From: a candidate division WOR-3 bacterium
Lineage (GTDB): Bacteria; Hydrothermota; Tepidihabitantia; Tepidihabitantales; Tepidihabitantaceae
DNA: 15,211 nucleotides
Direction of reading: 5' to 3'
Assembly: GCA_965648935.1 (NCBI GenBank)
Contig: CBFGIY010000010.1
Coordinates: 9,200 to 24,410 of the forward strand
Below the pieces are notes generated by a model. The model did not search any database, had not been told where the DNA came from, and saw only the letters and a program-made list of their open reading frames with translations. Shown one piece after another: positions 8,283 through 15,211 of the stretch (within the stretch, counting starts at the first letter, position 1; the number at the start of each line of letters is the position of its first letter). A program made the translations under genes and the position numbers.

Positions 8283-9042
8283 ATCGCACCGCGTTGTTGA
8301 AGAACTCGATTCCGTCGACACGCACTTCCGGTTCGCTGTGCCACCAGGGGTGGTGCTCGCGCCGGGTGAAACGCTCGGGATGGGGCATCAGGCCGAACAC
8401 CCGGCCTGACGGGTCGCAGATACCGGCGATGTGCTCGACCGAGCCGTTGGGGTCGTCCGGGTACTCGGGCGGTTCGCCGGAAAGAGTCGTGTAGCGCAGG
8501 ACAACCTGGCGGTTGCGGTTGAGGCGAGCGAGGACCGCGTCGTCGAGCGTGATGAACTTGCCCTCGGCGTGGGCCACAGGCAGGAACACGGGCGAGTCCA
8601 GTCCCCGCGTGAACACGCAGGGCGAATCCTCGACCGCGAGCCTCACCCAGCGGTCCTCGTAGCGGGCCGAATCGTTCCAGTCCAGAGTCACGGTCTGCTC
8701 CTGGAAAGGCCGGTCAAAGCCGGGCAGAAGCCCGGATTTCACCAGCACCTGAAACCCGTTGCAGATGCCGATGATGAGTTTGCCCTTCTCGAGGAAGCGC
8801 TCGATTCCCTCGCGCAGGTGATGCTTGATCTCGTTGGCGAAGATGCGGCCTGAAGCGATGTAGTCGCCGTAGGAGAAGCCGCCGGGAATCGCCAGAATCT
8901 GGTAGTTGTCGAGCGTCAGTTCGCCGGCCCGAAAACGGTTGATGTGGACCGTGTCAGGCCGGGCCCCGGCGACTTGGAAAGCCCAGGCGGTCTCGGCGTC
9001 GCAATTAGTGCCGGCGGCAAACAGGACGCATACGCGCACCAT
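8263..9042 (-). CDS. purQ: Phosphoribosylformylglycinamidine synthase subunit PurQ (glutamine amidotransferase, 259 aa)
   Basis: MVRVCVLFAAGTNCD, PGGFSYGDY, GICNGFQ (catalytic Cys), HAEGK, PNGS and GLMPHPER (His-Glu). Start at ATG 9042. Confidence 0.96.
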   Translation of the reverse strand: MVRVCVLFAAGTNCDAETAWAFQVAGARPDTVHINRFRAGELTLDNYQILAIPGGFSYGDYIASGRIFANEIKHHLREGIERFLEKGKLIIGICNGFQVLVKSGLLPGFDRPFQEQTVTLDWNDSARYEDRWVRLAVEDSPCVFTRGLDSPVFLPVAHAEGKFITLDDAVLARLNRNRQVVLRYTTLSGEPPEYPDDPNGSVEHIAGICDPSGRVFGLMPHPERFTRREHHPWWHSEPEVRVDGIEFFNNAVRYAKKNL

Positions 9043-9052
9043 CTCGGTGAGG

Positions 9053-9146
9053 AAAATAGCGGACAGGCCGGCCAAGTCAAGGCAGCGCAACCCCGGGTTG
9101 ACACGCGGCCCGGTCCGGGCGAAACTGTCCGATGCCCGAAAGGAGG
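9053..9146. promoter_or_regulatory. Back-to-back divergent promoters for the purQ operon and the BNR gene
   Basis: Minus strand: TTGACT (9080-9075), 16 bp, TATTTT (9058-9053). Plus strand: perfect TTGACA (9098-9103), 17 bp, GAAACT (9121-9126), with AGGAGG at 9141-9146 before TTG 9152. Confidence 0.55.
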
Positions 9147-9151
9147 CCGGT

Positions 9152-11320
9152 TTGAAGAGATCTCTGCTGGTCCTTTCTGCCCTGCTGTCATTGGCTGTTG
9201 CGCGATGGCAGTCAATCGGTCCGGATGGCGGCTACTTCCAGGCATTCACCGTGGACCGAACGCGGCTGTTTGCCGTGCCCTACGAGTACCCGGCCAACGC
9301 GCGGGTGTTCGTGTCCACTGACCGGGGCGGGTCCTGGTCAACCGCGGGCACTATGCCTTTCCCGTCCGTGACGCTGATCGCCGCCGACCCGCATGATGAT
9401 ACGATTCTCTACGCGCTGGCCCGCGGCGAGGCGCTGTACCGCTCAACCGACCGAGGCGCGAGATGGAGTCAGGTGACCCTTCCGGGGTACGCGGCAGGCA
9501 TCGCCCTTGATATGCGGCAACGGGGCTGGCTTTATCTTGCCGGTTACTACTACTACAACGCCCAGTACCGGCCGGCCGCGTACATATCCAGCGACTTCGG
9601 CCGGAACTGGAGCGTGTCGATGCCGCGGCCCGATACGACCGGCTATGCCTACGCAATCGCGGTCGACCCTCAGGCTGCCAGCACGGTGTATCTCGGCGCG
9701 AACTCGGCGCTGCTCTACAAGACTACCGATGCCGGCGCGACCTGGGCCCGCGCAAGCAGCGGCTTGGGCCCGAATTCGTCAACCCAGGCGCTCTCGGTCA
9801 GCCCGGCCGACAGCCGTATCGTGCTCGCGGCCCAGTCCGACGGGATGTTCCGCTCGGTTGACGGCGGCGAGCGCTGGACCCAGGTCGGCGCGCTGACCGG
9901 CGTGATGGGTGCGGGGTTCGGCGCGGACGGATCTTCGGCCTACGCGCTCGGCCGCAGCGATTCGATGCGGGTCTGGGTATCGACCGACGCGGGCGCGTCC
10001 TGGCGCCTGCCCGTGCCCGGCCTGACCACGCTCAAGACCGCCCAGCTCAAGTCTGACCCGGTCGAACCGGGAACCGCCTGGCTGGCCGGCCAGACCGGAA
10101 TTCACCGCTCGACCGACTACGGCGCCCACTGGTTCCCGGCCCACGCGGGGCTGCGCGTAACCAGTATTCCCTGCATCAGCGCCAGCCCGCGCGACCCGAG
10201 CCGGTTGTTCATCACGGTCAAGGACGACGGGCTGTACACCTCGCCGGACGCGGGCGGCTCGTGGTCGCGCCTGCCCGATTTCCTCGACTGCGGCAACATC
10301 TGCGAGATCGGTATCGCCCGGGGCGGGGCGCGCGACGTGCTCTACGCGCTCGAAGGCTCGGGCTGAGGCGACTCACAGCTCTACCGGAGCGCGGACGGCG
10401 GCGCCGTCTGGACAGAGATAGACACCTGGCTCGGCGAGGGCGGCTGCTGCATCGTTCACCCGCAGGACAGCAGCGTCGTCATCTACGGCGGGCAGGGCAA
10501 CTTCAGCACCAGCAATCTGGCCTTCGGCCTGTGCCGCAGCACCAACGGCGGGACAAGCTGGACGCGCACTTTCATCCAGCAGACCGCGAACGGCTACTGC
10601 TACGCGCTGGCCGCGTCGCCGGCCGACCCGAACCGCGTCTACGCGGGCGGCCGCATCGGCCCGTCCGGCGCCGTGGCGGTATCGACTGACCGGGGCGGAA
10701 CGTGGACCCAGACCGCGACCGCGCCGACCGATACGGTCTTCGGCCTGGCCCCGGACCCGGCTGATCCGGCGCGGGTTCACGCCGCCACGAGCGGCGGTGT
10801 GTGGCGCACAATCGACTTCGGGGCGACCTGGACACGAGTTCTGGCCGGGCGCGGGCTGCGCGCCATTGCGCTTCGTCCGGGCAGCGCCGACTCCCTGATC
10901 GTGGCCGGCGACGAGGGCGCGTGGCTGAGCGCAGACCGCGGCGGCAGCTGGGCCGAAATGAACGACGGGCTGGACGTGCGCGCGGTTGCCTCGCTCTGCT
11001 TCGGCGGTCCGGACCGGGCCCGGCTCTTCGCGGGCACGCGCGGCGGCGCTGTCTATGCGTGGCAGTTCCCGACCGCCCTGGCCGAGCCGCGCGCCGCGCC
11101 TGGGCGCACCCGGGTGATTCCGGCTGCGAGCCTTACCGCGGGGCGGCTCGGGCTGGAATCCGGCCTGCGCGGGGCGGACATCGGGCTGTATGACGCTGTG
11201 GGCCGCTGCGTGCTGCGTTCAGTCGGCAGGGCAGAACTGGACCTCAACGGACTTTCGCCGGGCGTGTATACGCTGGCCTCGGACGGCAGAGTCCTCCGCC
11301 GCGTGGTCAAGATTGAGTGA
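9152..11320 (+). CDS. Secreted BNR/Asp-box double beta-propeller with T9SS-type C-terminal domain; in-frame TGA at codon 405 (candidate selenocysteine; 722 aa if read through)
   Basis: TTG start with AGGAGG RBS and signal peptide MKRSLLVLSALLSLAVA. 13 Asp-boxes (S/T-x-D/N-x-G-x-x-W), 8 before and 5 after the TGA. The 102 codons between TGA 10364-10366 and ORF 10673 are in frame, contain no stop and continue the repeats. Confidence 0.8.
10379..10417 (+). promoter_or_regulatory. Candidate bacterial SECIS hairpin
   Basis: CGGACGGC (10392-10399) / loop GGC / GCCGTCTG (10403-10410) forms an 8-bp stem with one G.U pair. The loop begins with G, 33 nt after the UGA. Possible lower stem CTCT (10379-10382) / AGAG (10414-10417). 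Confidence 0.45.
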
Positions 11321-11376
11321 GCGACATTCTGACTTCAGATGAAGGGCAGCCGGTTGCCATCGAGGGTTGCCGCGCA

Positions 11377-11404
11377 TTGACTCGGGCTGCGCGGCCTCTA
11401 TAAT
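11377..11404 (+). promoter_or_regulatory. Near-consensus sigma70 promoter of the C25 peptidase gene
   Basis: TTGACT (11377-11382), 16-bp spacer, TATAAT (11399-11404). AGGAGG at 11485-11490 precedes ATG 11498. Confidence 0.75.
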
Positions 11405-11497
11405 CAAGGCAGTGCCGGCAGGGGATTGGCAATGCCTTTCCCGTTCCGGCCGAACGCTTTGATTACGAGGCTCTCCACAACTGCAGGAGGTTCCCTG

Positions 11498-14400
11498 ATG
11501 TGCAAGTCCCTGTTCGCTGTCGGCGTGCTTGCCGCGCTGACTCTTGCGGCCGGCGTGAGCTGGCAGAACGCCGCAGACGGCGGTGCGATCATGATAACCC
11601 TGTCCGGGCCGCAGTTCGAGCGCGTCGACTCTGACGGCCGCGCTTTCGTGCGCCTGATCGCGCCCGGTCTGACACCGGTCGCGGCATACGGCGCGCCCGA
11701 CCTGCCCGTACTGCGCCGGCTGGTCGAGATACCCGCAGGCGCGAACGTTGCTGTCGAGGCGCGCTTCGGCCGTTTCGAGGCGACTGTCCTCGACCTGCCC
11801 CTGGCCCCACGCCAGGAGCCGGTATCAAAGAGCGGTCCGGCCCCGGCATTCGTCTTTGACGCAAAGTCCTACGAGGCCACGCATGAGCCGTTCGCCCGCG
11901 TAGCCGAGATAGTCGAAGTGCGCGGCCACCGCATCGCCGCGGTCGAGGTCTGTCCCTACCGCTACGACCCGGCTTCGGGCCGTTTCGAGCACGCCAGCGA
12001 CATCAGCGTGGCGGTGCGCTGGACCGGCGCAGACTGGGCCAGAACCCGCGCCTTGGCGCAGCGCTATGACTCGCCGGCATTTGCCGGGCGGCTTGACGGT
12101 ATCGTGCTGAACCGCGACCAGTTCCGACTCGACGCGCCGCCGCCGCTGCCGGTCGGCTACCTCATCATCGTGCCCGATGAGTGGCAAGCCAATGTCGCCC
12201 CGCTCGCGGCGTGGCGTCGTCAGAAAGGCTGGAAGGTGTTCGTGCGTACGCTGTCCCAGGTCGGCGGCGGGCAGGCGGCCCAGGTCAAGGCCTACATCCA
12301 GAACGCCTATGACAACTGGCCGATAGCACCCGACTTTGTGCTGCTGGTCGGCGACGTGGACCGGATCGGGTTTTTCACAGGTCAGGGCACGGGCACACCG
12401 CCCACCGACCTGAACTACTCGATGGTCGCGGGCTCTGATTACCTGCCCGACATCGACCTGGCCCGTGCCTCGGTGACCAGCGCAGCCCAGCTCGACTCTC
12501 TCGTCCAGAAGATCCTCACCTATGAGCGCAACGAGTGGTCGGTCGGCCGGTCCTGGCTCCAGAAGGCTTACTTCATCGCTTCCAGTGACGGCGGTTATCA
12601 CCAGGTCGCTGAAGCCACGCACCGCCACGTGATGGGCAAGATAAGGCCCTACGGCGTCATCTGCGACTCGATCTGGCTCTACTACTCGGCCGGGACTCCG
12701 ATAGACCAGGCGCTCAACACCGGCCGCGCCTGGGTCACCTATTCGGGCCACGGCTCGGAGAACTCCTGGGCCGACCCCAACTTCACCAGCGCCAATGTCC
12801 GGTCCCTGACCAACGTCGAGATGGTACCCTATGTGCAGACCTATGCCTGCGTGTCGGGCAACTTCGCCTCTTCAAGCTACCCCGAGTGCTTCTCAGAAAC
12901 TTGGATTCGCAACGGCAAGCGCGGGGCCATCGCCCACATCGCTTCATCGGTCAACTCCTACTGGACCGAGGACGACACGCTCGAACGCCGGGTGTTTGAC
13001 TGGATGTTTGACTCCTCGTCCACCTACATCATGGCCGCCTACAACAAGGCCAAGATTCACTACTTCGCCCAGATGGGCGCGAGCGGGATGACCCGGCGCT
13101 ATTTTGAAATGTACAACCTGATGGGCGACGGCGGCATTGACGTGTACTGGAACGAGCCGGCCGCGATCGCGGTCCAGCATCCGCCGGTCATACCTGTGGG
13201 CGCATTCTCCGTGCCGGTCGGCGTGACCTCGGGTGGCAGCCCGGTTCCGGGCGCGCTGGTCTGCCTGACCGCGCGCAACGATACTGCAATACACGCCGCC
13301 GCCTACACCGACGCGGGCGGCAACGCGACGCTCCCCATCACTACGCTCGCTCCGGATTCGATAATCGTAACCGTGACCGGGCACAACCTCGCGACCTATC
13401 AGGGCGTGACCATGGCCCTGCCTTCGAGCGGGCCTTATGTCATCTACCTGCGCAGCGTTATCGACGACTCGGCCGGCGGCAATAACGACGGTATCGTCAA
13501 CCCGGGCGAGACGATCAACCTGCCGACCTGGGTCAAGAACTGGGGCAATGCCGGTGCCAGCGGCGTGCGCGGCTGGCTTCGGACCGCGGACCCGTGGGCG
13601 ACCGTGACCGACTCCCTGAGGACCTTCGGCAACGTCGGAGCGGGCGATTCGGCCTACACCGGCGCAAGCGGGTTCGGCTTCAGCGCCGCGGCTGCCTGCA
13701 CCAACCGCCACGCCCTGCGCTTCACTCTGACCGTCAAGGACAGCCGCGACACGACCTGGTCCGGCCCCGTGACGATCGTTGTCGGCGCGCCCCAGCTCAA
13801 TTTCGTCGCGTATCAGGCCGATGACCCGCCGCCGGGCGGCAATGGCAACGGCATGCTCGACCCGGGCGAGGACGCCGATCTAATCGTCACGCTGCGCAAC
13901 ACCGGTCTGGGCAATGCCTATGGCGTGACTGCGGTCCTGCGCTCGGGTGACCCGCGCCTCTCGGTGCTCGATTCGACCGGCTCGTTCGGCAGCATCCCGC
14001 GCGACACGACCGGAAGTAACCTCGCAGACCGGTTCCGGCTCCGCGCCGACGGCTCGATCCCGCGCGAGACATCGCTGCCCTGCACGCTATACATCACCGC
14101 GGGCGGCGCAACGGTCGTGCGCAGCTTCCAGATAGGGGTCGGCGTCATCCGCTCGGTCGACCCGATACCCGACGGCCCGCGTACCCCGACCCAGTACTGG
14201 GCCTATGACGCGACCGATGTAATGTATACCAAGGCCCCGATTTTCGAGTGGGTCGAAATCAGCGGCGTGGGTACGCGCCTGACCCTGTCCGACGACCAGA
14301 CCGTGGTCGTGAACCTGCCCTCCTCGTTCGGGCCGTTCCGGTTCTACGGGCAGAACTTCACGCAGGTGTCGATCTGCGGCAACGGCTGGGTCGGCCTCGG

Positions 14401-15136
14401 CTCGACCACGGTTTCGGCTTACTCCAACAGCTCGCTGCCCTCGACAACCTTGCCCCCGGCATTCTTGCTCAACTGGGACGACCTGTACCCACCGACCGGG
14501 GGCGGCGTGTGGCACTACCACGACGTGGCCAATCACCGGTTCATCATCGAATGGGACTCGGTCGCCTACTACTCCTCGCGCACGACTTTCGACAAGAACC
14601 AGCTCATACTCTACGACACCACGCTGGCCGCTGCCGACGGCAATTGCGAGGCGGTGATGCAGTATCTGACCGCCAACGGGATGAGCTCGTCCACCGTGGG
14701 CGAACAGGACCCGACCCGCGCCATCGCCATTCAGTGCCTCTACGACGGCGCCTATCACCGCGGCGCCGCGCCGATCGTGCCGGGGATGGCCATCCGCTAC
14801 ACCACGGACCCGCCCAGGATGCAGACCGCGGTGCGCGAGGTCGCTTCGGGCCGCGCAGCGAACAGGCTCGCCCTGCATTCCGTACGCAGCCCGTTCCGCG
14901 GAGCGGGGGTGCTGGCCTACAGCCTGCCGCGCCCGGCGCGGATCGAGCTCGGTGTCTATGACCTCGGCGGTCGGCGCGTGGCCACGCTCTGCAGCGGAGA
15001 ACAGCCGGCCGGCACTCACACCGCGCAGTGGAACGGCGCCGACGACGCAGGCCGGGCCGTGGCGCAAGGCGTGTACTTCTACCGCCTTGAGGCCGACGGC
15101 CAGACCGTCGTTCAGAAGACGGTCAAGCTGCAATAG
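11498..15136 (+). CDS. C25 family (gingipain-like) cysteine peptidase with propeptide, Ig-like domains and FlgD-Ig/T9SS-type C-terminal domain (1212 aa)
   Basis: Signal peptide; propeptide (GAPDLPVLRRLVEIP); GYLIIVPD, LAAWRRQKG, FVLLVGD and TDLNY; catalytic dyad YSGHG and YACVSG; YNLMGD; C-terminus VYDLGGRRVATL...WNGADDAGRAVAQGVYFYRL. Confidence 0.93.
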   Translation: MCKSLFAVGVLAALTLAAGVSWQNAADGGAIMITLSGPQFERVDSDGRAFVRLIAPGLTPVAAYGAPDLPVLRRLVEIPAGANVAVEARFGRFEATVLDLPLAPRQEPVSKSGPAPAFVFDAKSYEATHEPFARVAEIVEVRGHRIAAVEVCPYRYDPASGRFEHASDISVAVRWTGADWARTRALAQRYDSPAFAGRLDGIVLNRDQFRLDAPPPLPVGYLIIVPDEWQANVAPLAAWRRQKGWKVFVRTLSQVGGGQAAQVKAYIQNAYDNWPIAPDFVLLVGDVDRIGFFTGQGTGTPPTDLNYSMVAGSDYLPDIDLARASVTSAAQLDSLVQKILTYERNEWSVGRSWLQKAYFIASSDGGYHQVAEATHRHVMGKIRPYGVICDSIWLYYSAGTPIDQALNTGRAWVTYSGHGSENSWADPNFTSANVRSLTNVEMVPYVQTYACVSGNFASSSYPECFSETWIRNGKRGAIAHIASSVNSYWTEDDTLERRVFDWMFDSSSTYIMAAYNKAKIHYFAQMGASGMTRRYFEMYNLMGDGGIDVYWNEPAAIAVQHPPVIPVGAFSVPVGVTSGGSPVPGALVCLTARNDTAIHAAAYTDAGGNATLPITTLAPDSIIVTVTGHNLATYQGVTMALPSSGPYVIYLRSVIDDSAGGNNDGIVNPGETINLPTWVKNWGNAGASGVRGWLRTADPWATVTDSLRTFGNVGAGDSAYTGASGFGFSAAAACTNRHALRFTLTVKDSRDTTWSGPVTIVVGAPQLNFVAYQADDPPPGGNGNGMLDPGEDADLIVTLRNTGLGNAYGVTAVLRSGDPRLSVLDSTGSFGSIPRDTTGSNLADRFRLRADGSIPRETSLPCTLYITAGGATVVRSFQIGVGVIRSVDPIPDGPRTPTQYWAYDATDVMYTKAPIFEWVEISGVGTRLTLSDDQTVVVNLPSSFGPFRFYGQNFTQVSICGNGWVGLGSTTVSAYSNSSLPSTTLPPAFLLNWDDLYPPTGGGVWHYHDVANHRFIIEWDSVAYYSSRTTFDKNQLILYDTTLAAADGNCEAVMQYLTANGMSSSTVGEQDPTRAIAIQCLYDGAYHRGAAPIVPGMAIRYTTDPPRMQTAVREVASGRAANRLALHSVRSPFRGAGVLAYSLPRPARIELGVYDLGGRRVATLCSGEQPAGTHTAQWNGADDAGRAVAQGVYFYRLEADGQTVVQKTVKLQ
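13463..14140 (+). repeat. Two tandem Ig-like domains within the C25 peptidase
   Basis: DDSAGGNNDGIVNPGETINL..WVKNWG...LRTADP...DS..TFGNV versus DDPPPGGNGNGMLDPGEDADL..TLRNTG...LRSGDP...DS..SFGSI. Boundaries are approximate. Confidence 0.7.
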
Positions 15137-15150
15137 GCCATCTGTCTTCA

Positions 15151-15186
15151 GCGAGCGGCGGGCCATCGGGCCCGCCGCCGCGTTTG
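15151..15186 (+). terminator. Rho-independent terminator-like hairpin
   Basis: GCGGCGGGCC-atcg-GGCCCGCCGC (15155-15178) is a perfect 10-bp stem followed by a short GTTTG tract. Confidence 0.6.
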
Positions 15187-15211
15187 GGCCTGCGTGGCCC
15201 GCGCGGTCGTT

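Noticed and set aside
10364..10366. Genome-wide UGA reassignment (genetic code 4 or 25) as the explanation for the in-frame TGA
   Set aside because: TGA acts as a normal stop at 1107-1109 and 7938-7940 (both overlapping the next start) and at 11318-11320. No other gene in the window has an internal TGA.
10673..11320. An independent 215-aa gene starting at GTG 10673
   Set aside because: It has no SD and no signal peptide, starts mid-blade, and the coding repeats continue upstream in frame to the TGA.

Overview
GC-rich bacterial chromosomal window with about 11 genes. The style of the secreted proteins resembles candidate division WOR-3 or a similar non-Bacteroidota lineage (inference only). 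From left to right: (i) a minus-strand operon of three rubrerythrin/ferritin-like genes; (ii) a Cys-rich YVTN/YncE beta-propeller; (iii) a roughly 560-bp spacer holding a degenerate 12-bp periodic tract; (iv) a probably leaderless UbiA-family polyprenyl-phosphate phosphoribosyltransferase, convergent with an AftB-like GT-C glycosyltransferase carrying TPRs; (v) a minus-strand run of purQ, a 2Fe-2S protein, an FAD oxidoreductase and that GT-C; (vi) an Asp-box (BNR) beta-propeller gene; (vii) a gingipain-like C25 peptidase. The main finding is that the BNR gene, which the ORF track splits in two, is one continuous 723-codon frame (9152..11320) interrupted only by an in-frame TGA at 10364-10366. 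A SECIS-compatible hairpin follows that TGA, so this is a candidate secreted beta-propeller selenoprotein with a T9SS-like C-terminal sorting domain.
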